A stretch of 64,000 nucleotides of DNA from contig CAXXDN010000002.1 of assembly GCA_963667465.2 (NCBI GenBank), positions 992,001 through 1,056,000 on the forward strand, in the 5' to 3' direction. Numbering within the stretch: the stretch's first letter is position 1; the number at the start of each line of letters is the position of its first letter. The position numbers and the translations under genes are program-made. The notes under the pieces are model-generated. The model did no database searches, was not told the DNA's origin, and saw only the letters and a program-made list of their open reading frames with translations. The stretch comes from Dehalococcoidia bacterium (GTDB lineage: Bacteria; Chloroflexota; Dehalococcoidia; UBA2979). This document shows positions 1 to 9,204 of the stretch, in pieces.

Positions 1-393
1 CAGCTCCATGACGTCGGCCTGCGCGAAGCCCAGGCGCTCGAAGAACTCGGGGCGGTAGGTCAGCGCGAAGACGCGCTCGAGGCCGAGCCGTCCGGCCTCG
101 TCGATGCAGGCCTGCACCAGCAGCTGGCCGTAGCCCTGTCCCTGGCGCTCCTCGGAGACGGCGAGCGACTTCACCTCGGCAATGTCGGCCCAGACGATGT
201 GCAGCGCGCCGCAGGCCACGACCTCCTCGCCCTCGCGGACGACGAAGAAGTCACGCAGGTTCTCGTAGGTCTCGCCCTTGGTGCGCGGCAGCATGTCGCC
301 GCGGGCGGCCCAGAAGTTGACGAGCGCGTGGATCCCGTCCACGTCATGGATCGTCGCGCGCTCGACCGTCGTGGGGAGAGCCGGGGCCGTCAT
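1..393 (-). CDS. GNAT N-acetyltransferase, short ArgA-like (amino-acid N-acetyltransferase); 3' end outside window
   Basis: Manual translation from ATG 393: MTAPALPTTVERATIHDVDGIHALVNFWAARGDMLPRTKGETYENLRDFFVV...GALHIVWADIAEVKSLAV...QGQGYG, typical of short ArgA GNATs; not in the ORF track because it is truncated. Confidence 0.85.
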   Translation of the reverse strand, partial: MTAPALPTTVERATIHDVDGIHALVNFWAARGDMLPRTKGETYENLRDFFVVREGEEVVACGALHIVWADIAEVKSLAVSEERQGQGYGQLLVQACIDEAGRLGLERVFALTYRPEFFERLGFAQADVMEL

Positions 394-463
394 GCTTCTA
401 GGATAGTCCCGCGCGACGCAATCGGGCGACGGGGGCCACGAGGGCGGCAAGTTGCGCGTTCAT

Positions 464-478
464 CGTCAGTCTCGCTCC
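464..478. repeat. 15-bp direct repeat, left copy (CGTCAGTCTCGCTCC)
   Basis: Identical to 1511-1525; flanking bases differ on both sides. Confidence 0.95.
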
Positions 479-490
479 GAATGGGTGCCG

Positions 491-742
491 CTACGTTCGG
501 TACGCATCGCGTCGATGGCGTATCCGGAGGACAACGACCTGTCGGGTCTCATCATCGACTCGGTACAGGACGCGGTACGAGCCGACCCGAAGTCGCCATG
601 TAGTTTCAGATAATTTCCTGACACCCCGAGGTCGCGGATCGGATGCAAGTCTACTGGCTCGTTCCCTGATCCGCGCAACCTGCCCAGCAGGGATGGATCG
701 CAGTTCTCGCAATGCCGGCCGTGAGATAAGGAGTTCGTAGAC
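491..742 (-). CDS. RelE/StbE (RelE/ParE superfamily) toxin; apparent non-canonical GTC start
   Basis: C-terminal part of ORF 491..1042: YELLISRPALRELRSIP...DPRPRGVRKL...WRLRVGSYRVLYRVDDETRQVVVLRIRHRRDAY; GGAGG at 753-749, 6 nt before GTC 742. Confidence 0.85.
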   Translation of the reverse strand, partial: VYELLISRPALRELRSIPAGQVARIRERASRLASDPRPRGVRKLSETTWRLRVGSYRVLYRVDDETRQVVVLRIRHRRDAYRT

Positions 743-780
743 GGGAAGCCTCCACGGCCGTGCAACACCGAAACTGGTTG

Positions 781-1032
781 CTATGGCACCTCGGCTTCGT
801 CCAGGTCCTCCCAGCGGATTGCGCCGTGCCTCGCGATGTCGTCCTCCGCTTCTCTGGCAGCGGCAAGATCGTCGAGATCCTCCGTGAACTCTGGGACCTG
901 GAGAGTGACGGCCAAGCTCCCACTTCCGACCGTTCGCGCGACAATCCGCGTCCCATTCCCGGGGATCTGAATCGGCGCCCCACCGAAGTGCTGCACCCTG
1001 ATCTGCACTTGTCGGATCGTCAACCCGCTCAT
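781..1032 (-). CDS. Putative type II antitoxin
   Basis: 83 aa, directly upstream of RelE; acidic C-terminus EDLDDLAAAREAEDD...IRWEDL resembles RelE-neutralising tails; ATGA overlap with upstream gene. Confidence 0.65.
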   Translation of the reverse strand: MSGLTIRQVQIRVQHFGGAPIQIPGNGTRIVARTVGSGSLAVTLQVPEFTEDLDDLAAAREAEDDIARHGAIRWEDLDEAEVP

Positions 1033-1442
1033 TCGCCCTCATCCCCCTGCACCAATACTACATCGGCGGGCACTCGCGCCTTTGGTTCGCCATTGACCAG
1101 CACATCGAACGCATGCGGCCCGGACCGTTCGAATGTCAGGCCGACGATCGTCTGCGGCATCACGAGTTCCACCGGCTTCCCCGAGTCCTTCGGTTCCGGA
1201 ACCTCGATCTCGGCCTCAAGCGTTAGCAGTCGCTGCCCGTCCGGGTCCGAAAGGAAGATCTGTAGGCGCTTCGTCTGCCCTGCCTCCACAGCATCGGCCA
1301 CGAACTTGAGCACCAGCGTGAGCTGTGGATGAGTCGCGGGGAGCTCCCGTGCTGTAATCCGATTGAACACTCCGAGAACGTTGAGCTTGCCCTCCTCGGA
1401 GATGTTCGCCGCATCCGCGATCAGGGCCAGCGGGACGTCCAT
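1029..1442 (-). CDS. Conserved hypothetical beta-rich protein (DUF6941-like)
   Basis: 137 aa; ALIADAA...GKLNVLGVFNRI start and F..SGPH.F.V.VNGE end; GGAGG RBS upstream. Confidence 0.7.
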   Translation of the reverse strand: MDVPLALIADAANISEEGKLNVLGVFNRITARELPATHPQLTLVLKFVADAVEAGQTKRLQIFLSDPDGQRLLTLEAEIEVPEPKDSGKPVELVMPQTIVGLTFERSGPHAFDVLVNGEPKARVPADVVLVQGDEGE

Positions 1443-1510
1443 CCGTACCCTCCGTGCTGTCCGCCTTTGGAGTGTTCAGTCCCATCCCGCCCAGCGTCAA
1501 TAGCGGCTGG

Positions 1511-1525
1511 CGTCAGTCTCGCTCC
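1511..1525. repeat. 15-bp direct repeat, right copy; contains last codons and stop of nadK
   Basis: Minus strand reads G GAG CGA GAC TGA CG; identical to 464-478. Confidence 0.95.
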
Positions 1526-2409
1526 AGCTCGCCGAGCTGGTGGTCCAGACGCAGCCAGCCGAGGCGCTGTGCGAGGTTGGCGTAGAACTGGTTCTCGCCG
1601 CCGAGGCGCACGAACCGCGCACGCCGCGGCGAGCGCGTGATGCGCACCATGCTCCCCGATCCAACCTCGATCTCGTGATGGCCGTCGACGGTCATCACCG
1701 CCTCGTGGCCGCGTGCGACCTCCAGCGTGACCTCGGCGCCGTCACGCAGCACGAGCGCGTTGCCGTAGGAGAGGTGCGGCGCCACCGCCGCGACGATCAG
1801 CTCGCTCGAGGTCGGGTAGAGGATCGGCCCGTGGATCGCGAGCGCGTACCCCGTCGAGCCGGTCGCCGTCGCGACGATCACGGCGTCGGTGCGGTACTCG
1901 GCAAGCACAACGCCGTCGACATGGACGCCGACCGAGACCGTTCGTCCGAGGCGGTGGCGCCCGATCACCACGTCGTTGAGCGCGTGCAATGGCTCGCCGT
2001 CGCCAAGCGCGGCCTGCGCCATCGTGCGTTCCTCGATGCGGCCTCCGCCGCCGAGGATCAGCCGCAGCGCCGACTCCGCCTCGCCCTCGGTCGACTCGGC
2101 GAGGAAGCCGAGGCGGCCCATGCGCACCCCGAAGATCGGGACGCCGAGGGCCGACGCGATGCCCGAGGCCTGGAGCACGGTGCCGTCGCCGCCGACGCAG
2201 ACCAGCAGGTCGGAGCCCGGCAGCTGCGCCTCGACAGGCCCTTCGCCACCGGCCGGACCGTCGCGCTCCAGCGGAGCGCACCAGCTGTCGAGGCCGGTCT
2301 CGACGATCTGCGCGTGCAGGCGCTCGGCGAGCGCCCGGGCGCCGTGCACGTCGGGGTGATAGCAGACCCCGCAGCGCGTGACCCCACCGAGCGCGTCCCC
2401 GGTGCTCAC
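1513..2409 (-). CDS. nadK: NAD(+) kinase
   Basis: GGDGT, GRLGFLA, ALND and TATGSTGY motifs. Confidence 0.95.
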   Translation of the reverse strand: MSTGDALGGVTRCGVCYHPDVHGARALAERLHAQIVETGLDSWCAPLERDGPAGGEGPVEAQLPGSDLLVCVGGDGTVLQASGIASALGVPIFGVRMGRLGFLAESTEGEAESALRLILGGGGRIEERTMAQAALGDGEPLHALNDVVIGRHRLGRTVSVGVHVDGVVLAEYRTDAVIVATATGSTGYALAIHGPILYPTSSELIVAAVAPHLSYGNALVLRDGAEVTLEVARGHEAVMTVDGHHEIEVGSGSMVRITRSPRRARFVRLGGENQFYANLAQRLGWLRLDHQLGELERD

Positions 2410-3185
2410 GAGGCGCCTCGCGACGTCGCGGCCGCGGGCAGGCGCAGCCAGAGGAAGAACTCACGGTTGCCCGCCGGACCGGCCAGCGGCGAGCGGTAGA
2501 CGCCGCGTACGCGCACCCCGCGATCGAGGGCCCACGCCGCGACCTTGCCGACCACCTCGGCATGCACCAGCGGGTCGCGCACCACGCCCCCGCGCTGCAC
2601 CTGCTCGCGCCGCGCCTCGAACTGTGGCTTGACCAGCGCAAGCACATCGCCGCCCGGTCGCAAGGAGCGGAGCACCGCGGGCAGCACGGCGGTCAGTGAG
2701 ATGAACGAGACGTCGACGACGGCCAGGTCGGCGGGCGGGTCGAGCGGCTCGAGGTTGCGCGCGTTCGTGCGCTCGCGGACCTCGACGCGTGGATCGTCGC
2801 GAAGCTGCTGCGCGAGTTGCCCGTACCCGCTGTCGACGGCGACGACCTCGCGCGCGCCGCGTTGCAACAGGCAGTCGCTGAAGCCTCCGGTCGAGGCGCC
2901 GATGTCGAGGCAGCGCAGCCCGCGCACCGCGAGTCCAGTGCGGTCGACCGCGGAGGCGAGCTTGTCGCCGCCGCGGCTGACGTAGCGCGGCCGCTCACGC
3001 AGCTCGAGCGCAGCACCCGGGGCGACGGCCTCCGCCGGCCGGGTCGCCACCGTGCCCTCGACGCGCACCTCGCGCGCCAGCACGAGCGCGCGCGCGCGCT
3101 CCGCGTCGGGCGCCAGCCCGCGCTCGACGAGCAGCTCGTCGAGGCGCAGTCGCGCGCGCGATCGGCGTCTGGCGGCGGTTGTCAT
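2406..3185 (-). CDS. tlyA: TlyA-family rRNA 2'-O-methyltransferase
   Basis: S4-like RLDELLVERGL, YVSRGGDKL, DIGASTGGF, DVSFISL, LVKPQFE, GNREF; start placed at ATG 3185. Confidence 0.95.
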   Translation of the reverse strand: MTTAARRRSRARLRLDELLVERGLAPDAERARALVLAREVRVEGTVATRPAEAVAPGAALELRERPRYVSRGGDKLASAVDRTGLAVRGLRCLDIGASTGGFSDCLLQRGAREVVAVDSGYGQLAQQLRDDPRVEVRERTNARNLEPLDPPADLAVVDVSFISLTAVLPAVLRSLRPGGDVLALVKPQFEARREQVQRGGVVRDPLVHAEVVGKVAAWALDRGVRVRGVYRSPLAGPAGNREFFLWLRLPAAATSRGAS

Positions 3186-3453
3186 AGAGATCGAGGATAC
3201 CCCGCAGCAGCCGCGCACGCTGCCAGGGACGGGAACCGCGGGCTCCCTGCGAGCGTATGGTCAGGTGCGGCTCCATGAGGGCGGTCCCTGTCGTAACCGC
3301 CTCTGGGGAGCTACATGCGACCTCGGCGCTTCCGCGCCGGCCTCCTCGCCACCTCCGCGCTGCTCCAGCTTGTCGCAGGGCTCGCGCACGCGCAGGCGAG
3401 CGCCTCGGACGACTCGGACGAGGCGTGCCGGGCAACCCTGCAGTAGCGAGGCG

Positions 3454-4752
<1,299 letters not shown>

Positions 4753-4807
4753 CGCTCTGGCTCCCGTTCTCCCCGCCTCGCTGGTCGCGCCGTCCGGCTG
4801 TTCGAGG

Positions 4808-5497
4808 TTACTCGTCCCCGCCCGGGCTTGCGAGAATCTCGTCGATCATCCCGTACTCGAGCGCCTGCTCCGCGTTGAGGTAGTAGTCGCGGTCCGTGTC
4901 CGCACGGATGCGGTCGATCGACTGGCCGGTCCGCTCGGCGAGGATGTTGCGGATGATCTCGTTGTTACGCAGGATCTCGCGCGCGGCGATCTCGATGTCC
5001 GCCGCCTGACCGCGTGCGCCGCCCATCGCCTGGTGCATGTGCACGGTGGCGTTCGGCAGCGCGTAGCGCTTGCCGTCCGCGCCGGCCGCCAGCAGCACCG
5101 TGGCCATCGAGGCGGTCGCGCCAACGGCGATCGTGGAGACATCCGAGCGGATCAGGTTCATCGTGTCGTAGATCGCGAGGCCGGCGGTGATCACGCCACC
5201 CGGCGAGTGGACGTACATGTTGATGTCGCGGTCGGGGTCTTCGCGCTCCAGGTAGAGCAACTGGGCGACGATCATGTTGGCGACGTGGTCGTCGATCGGC
5301 GTGCCCAGGAAGATGATGCGCTCCTTCAGGAGCAGCGAGTAAATGTCGTACGCGCGCTCGCCCCGGGCGGTCGTCTCGACCACCATCGGCACGACGTTGC
5401 TCGGAGGAATCGCGCCCGGCCGCATTGTCATATCACCCGTCTTCCCCGCCGCCGCCGGCTCCCCGGCGTGCACGTTGCTCTCGTTCCATTGGACCAC
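4808..5497 (-). CDS. clpP: Clp protease proteolytic subunit ClpP (true start may be 5431/5425)
   Basis: VPMVVE...[32 protein letters not shown] motifs. Confidence 0.97.
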   Translation of the reverse strand: MVQWNESNVHAGEPAAAGKTGDMTMRPGAIPPSNVVPMVVETTARGERAYDIYSLLLKERIIFLGTPIDDHVANMIVAQLLYLEREDPDRDINMYVHSPGGVITAGLAIYDTMNLIRSDVSTIAVGATASMATVLLAAGADGKRYALPNATVHMHQAMGGARGQAADIEIAAREILRNNEIIRNILAERTGQSIDRIRADTDRDYYLNAEQALEYGMIDEILASPGGDE

Positions 5498-5518
5498 GGG
5501 CGGGCTCCGAGCGCCGCC

Positions 5519-7015
5519 CTAGGACTCGCTGCTCTCGTCACCGTCGTCACCGTCGCCGTCGTCGCCGCCGGCCCCGGAGTCGGCCTCGGCGGCGGACTCC
5601 CCGGAAGCCTCGGCCTCGTCCGCCGACTCGTCGCCTTCGTCGTCCGCGGCGGCACGCGAGCCGCGGCGACGACGGCCACGACGGCGCGGCGAGCGCGGTT
5701 CGAGCTCCTCGTCCTCTTGCGAGGCGATCTCGATCAGCCGCTCGAGTGCGCGCTCCGAGATCAGCCGCTCGCGCAGCGAGGCGCGCATCTGCTCCGTGTC
5801 GAACATCCCGCGCACCCGTGCGCGCTGCTCGAGGTCGGTCGTCCCCGCCGAGGCCTGCTCGATGATCTCATCGACCCGCTCGCCGATCTCCTCGTCAGTG
5901 GCCGCGATCTCCTCGCGGACGGCGAACTCGGAGAGCACGAGGCCGCGACGCACGACCAGGTCCGCCTGCTCGCGCAGCGAGTCCCGCACCTCTTCCTCGG
6001 TGCGGCCGATCGCCTGCAACCAGCGCTCGAAGTCCTCGCGCTCGTGCGCGGCGTGCTGCGACTGCTCGTCGACGAGGCGGTCGATCTCGCGCTCGACAAG
6101 CACCTCCGGATAGTCCAGCTCGGCGGTCGCGAGGAGCAGGTCCACCACCTCCTCGCGGTAGTTCATCTGGTGGACCGCCTCGATCTGTTCGCGTACGCCC
6201 TCGCTGACACGCTCCTGGAGCGCTTCGAGGTTCTCGATGCCCTCCTCGTCGAGCGAGCGCGCGAACTCGTCGTCGAGCTCCGGCAGCACCTCCTGCTTGA
6301 CCTCGAGGAGCTGCACGCTGTAGCTGGCTGTCTTCCCCGCGAGCTCCTCGGCCTGGTAGTCCTCGGGCAGGTCGAACGCGAACTCGTGCGGGCCGCCACG
6401 CTCGAGGCCGACCAGCTGATCGAGGAAGCCGGGCAGCGAGACAATGCCACCCTCGGTGACGGCGAACTCCGCGCCCTCCTCGACGTGCGGCTCCGCCTGG
6501 CCCTCCACGGAGACCGTCATGTCGATGCGCACGGTGTCGTTCCACTCGACCGCCCGGTCGACCGGCTCGAGGGTGGCGTAGCGCCGCCGCAACTCCGTCA
6601 GCGCCTCGTCGATCTCCGTGTCGCCGGCGGACAGCTCCTCTTGAGGTACGCGCAGTGCCTGGTAGGCGCCGATCTCAATCGTCGGGCGGACCGGCACGGT
6701 CGCCTGGACGACCAGCGGCTCGGTCGACTTGAGCTCGATCTCGGGCTGAGCGATGGCCTCGATCTCCTCGGCCTCGAGGGCCTCGTTGTAGACGCCCGGG
6801 AGCAGATCCTCGATCGCCTCCTGGAGCAGCATCGGCTGCCCTACGGTGCGTTCGACGATCTCGCGAGGGGCCTTGCCGGGGCGGAAGCCGGGGATGCGGA
6901 CCTGCTGCGAGACCTTGTTGATCACCTTCTTCATCGACGCCTCGAGGCGCTCCGGTTCGACCTCGATCTCAAGCGAGACGAGGGAGCGCGGGAGGCGTTC
7001 AGCGGTTACGCCCAA
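5519..7015 (-). CDS. tig: Trigger factor
   Basis: IPGFRPGKAP ribosome-binding signature; tig-clpP-clpX order. Confidence 0.96.
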   Translation of the reverse strand: MGVTAERLPRSLVSLEIEVEPERLEASMKKVINKVSQQVRIPGFRPGKAPREIVERTVGQPMLLQEAIEDLLPGVYNEALEAEEIEAIAQPEIELKSTEPLVVQATVPVRPTIEIGAYQALRVPQEELSAGDTEIDEALTELRRRYATLEPVDRAVEWNDTVRIDMTVSVEGQAEPHVEEGAEFAVTEGGIVSLPGFLDQLVGLERGGPHEFAFDLPEDYQAEELAGKTASYSVQLLEVKQEVLPELDDEFARSLDEEGIENLEALQERVSEGVREQIEAVHQMNYREEVVDLLLATAELDYPEVLVEREIDRLVDEQSQHAAHEREDFERWLQAIGRTEEEVRDSLREQADLVVRRGLVLSEFAVREEIAATDEEIGERVDEIIEQASAGTTDLEQRARVRGMFDTEQMRASLRERLISERALERLIEIASQEDEELEPRSPRRRGRRRRGSRAAADDEGDESADEAEASGESAAEADSGAGGDDGDGDDGDESSES

Positions 7016-7189
7016 GGCTGGCCCCTTCTCCGTGGCGGGACTGCGCGTGGCAGGCCATGTCGCAACGGGACTTCCTCGCAGCGGCGGGGTCCGTGGACCA
7101 CCGGTAACGCGCGGGAGCGTAGTGGACTGAGTATATCAACGGCTCCCGCTTCGGTCCCGCGAGTCGCCCATCGTGCCTCCGCGGGGCTG

Positions 7190-8155
7190 CTAGCGCGCGC
7201 GTACCGCGTCGTTCAGCGCGTCGCCGAAGAGCGCGAAGGCGAAGAGCAGCGAGACGACGAAGAACGAGGGGACGAGCAGCAGGTGCGGGCTGGCCTGGAA
7301 CGTGCGGACGCTCCCTGCCTCGAAGATCATCGCGCCGAACGACGGCGCTGGCGGCTGGATGCCGACGCCGAACCAGGTCAGGAACAGCTCCGAGCCCGCC
7401 ACGGCCCCAAGCGCCGTCGAGGCGCCGAGGATGAGCAGGAAGGAGACGTTGGGCAGCAGGTGCCGCCAGATCACGTGGCTCGTGGTCGCGCCCATCGCCT
7501 GCGCGGCGATCACGAAGTCCCGCTCGCGGATCTGCAGCGTCTGCGCGCGAATGATGCGCATGCTGCCCACCCAGAAAAAGAGCGAGAGCGCGCCGAAGAC
7601 CGTCAGGTACGAGGGCACGCCGTTCGCGACAAGCCCGGCGAGCGGTGAGTGTTCCTCGACCCATCCGGTCCACTCGATCACGCGTGGCGCGAGCGAGGCG
7701 TTGATCAGGATCAGCATCGGCAGCCCCGGCAGGGCGATGAAGATGTCGCCCACGCGGCCGATCACGCCATCGATCCAGCCGCCGCGGTAGCCGGAGAGCA
7801 GGCCGAGCGTCGGGCCGATCACGAGCCCACCGGTGACGATCACGGTGACGGTGATGATCACGGTCGTGCGCGCCGAGTACATCACGCGGCTCAGCATGTC
7901 GCGGCCGAGCCGGTCCGTGCCGAGGAAGTGGTCGGCGCTCGGGCCCTCGAGGCCGCGCGTGAGGTCTTGCTCCCGGTAGGAGTAGGGAGCCGTCCACTGC
8001 GCAGTGATGCCCATCAGGTAGATCACGAGCACCACGGTGAGCCCGAACATCGCGATCCGCTTGCGGCTCAGCCGTCGCCAGAGCTGCCGCCAGGGGCCCG
8101 CGGGCCGCGCTCGCGGCGCCTCCTCCGGCTCCAGCTCAATCACGGCGCTGCTCAC
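7190..8155 (-). CDS. Peptide/nickel ABC transporter permease (OppC/DppC-like)
   Basis: HFLGTDRLGRD, EAA-like FVIAAQAMGA, HLLPN, GDALNDA. Confidence 0.93.
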   Translation of the reverse strand: MSSAVIELEPEEAPRARPAGPWRQLWRRLSRKRIAMFGLTVVLVIYLMGITAQWTAPYSYREQDLTRGLEGPSADHFLGTDRLGRDMLSRVMYSARTTVIITVTVIVTGGLVIGPTLGLLSGYRGGWIDGVIGRVGDIFIALPGLPMLILINASLAPRVIEWTGWVEEHSPLAGLVANGVPSYLTVFGALSLFFWVGSMRIIRAQTLQIRERDFVIAAQAMGATTSHVIWRHLLPNVSFLLILGASTALGAVAGSELFLTWFGVGIQPPAPSFGAMIFEAGSVRTFQASPHLLLVPSFFVVSLLFAFALFGDALNDAVRAR

Positions 8156-9183
8156 GCGTTCACCGCCTCGCCCAACCGCACGCGGGGGTCGATGAAGGTG
8201 TAGCTGATCTCGATGATCAGGTTGGCGATCAGGAACGCGGTCGCGATGATCACCGTGATCGCGAGGATCACGTCGTAGTCACGGCTCTGCACCGCCTCGA
8301 TCGAGAAGCGACCGATCCCCGGGATGCCAAGCAGCGTCTCGGTGAAGAACGCCCCCTCGAGGATCCCGACCAGCGCGAAGCCGATCACCGTGACGACCGG
8401 GAGCAGCGAGTTGGGCAGAACGTGCCGCAACGCAACTGCCGCCTCCGTGATCCCCTTCGCGCGCGCGGTGCGCACGTAGTCCTCGGTGAGCACCTCGAGG
8501 GCAGTGATCCGCACGAGGCGCGCGACGCCGGCGATGCCGCCGATCGAGAGCACGAAGACGGGCATGTAGAGGTGCGGATCGGGGATCGGCACGGCGATCA
8601 CGCCGCCGATCCACCAGACGTCGAAGATGCCCGCGAAGCCGTCGCCCCCCCAGCCGCCGGCCGGCAGGATGTCGAGCTGCAGGGCGAACAGCCACAGCAG
8701 CGGCGGGATGATCACCAGCACCGGCAGTGCCGTCAGGAAGAGCAGGCTGGTGATCACGAAGGGATCGATCCAGGTGCCGCTGAAACGCGCCGCGAGCAGC
8801 CCGAGCGGGATGCCCGTCCCGAACACCACGACCAGCGCGAGAAGGCCGAGCTGCGCCGAGATCAGCATGCGCTTGCGGATCAGCTCGTTGACCGTGAAGC
8901 CGCGCTGGATGAACGACTCGCCGAAGTCGCCGCGGATCGAGCCGCCGCCGCTACCACCCGGGTAGAGGTCGCCGAACAGCCAGCGGCCGTACTGCTCGAA
9001 GATCGAGCCATCGAGGCCGCGCTCGGCACGGATGCGCTCGAGCACCTCGGGGTCGCGGTACTGCCCGGCGGCCACGCTCACCGGATCGCCCGGACCGAAG
9101 CGGGCGATCGAGAAGGTCGCGAACGAGACCACGAACAGCACGACCGGCAGCCAGAGCAGGCGGCGGATGATGTACGCAGCCAT
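8152..9183 (-). CDS. Peptide/nickel ABC transporter permease (OppB/DppB-like)
   Basis: YIIRRLL, PGDP, EDYVRTARAKG, IDPRVR. Confidence 0.93.
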   Translation of the reverse strand: MAAYIIRRLLWLPVVLFVVSFATFSIARFGPGDPVSVAAGQYRDPEVLERIRAERGLDGSIFEQYGRWLFGDLYPGGSGGGSIRGDFGESFIQRGFTVNELIRKRMLISAQLGLLALVVVFGTGIPLGLLAARFSGTWIDPFVITSLLFLTALPVLVIIPPLLWLFALQLDILPAGGWGGDGFAGIFDVWWIGGVIAVPIPDPHLYMPVFVLSIGGIAGVARLVRITALEVLTEDYVRTARAKGITEAAVALRHVLPNSLLPVVTVIGFALVGILEGAFFTETLLGIPGIGRFSIEAVQSRDYDVILAITVIIATAFLIANLIIEISYTFIDPRVRLGEAVNA

Positions 9184-9204
9184 CGCCGGCCGCCTCCGTT
9201 CCGG

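Larger units (their letters stand above)
464..1525 (-). mobile_element. Putative minimal integrated cassette (DUF6941-like + antitoxin + RelE toxin) bounded by 15-bp direct repeats at the nadK 3' end
   Basis: Perfect terminal direct repeats 1,047 bp apart, visibly lower GC than flanks, TA content; no integrase present. Confidence 0.6.

Noticed and set aside
466-768. 100-aa minus-strand ORF ending in ERD like NadK
   Set aside because: Shared ending is a by-product of the 15-bp repeat; it overlaps RelE in another frame and has no recognisable motifs
743-1042. Long N-terminal extension of RelE (ORF 491..1042)
   Set aside because: Overlaps the antitoxin out of frame and looks non-protein-like; RBS position favours a start at 742
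3259-3271. 13-mer GGTCAGGTGCGGC, also at 43204-43216, vaguely SRP-like
   Set aside because: No GGAA tetraloop/AGCAG SRP core; a 13-nt match is plausible by chance in GC-rich DNA
7016-7189. Expected tRNA upstream of tig
   Set aside because: No cloverleaf or T-loop found; only a TATACT promoter-like element and a short inverted repeat
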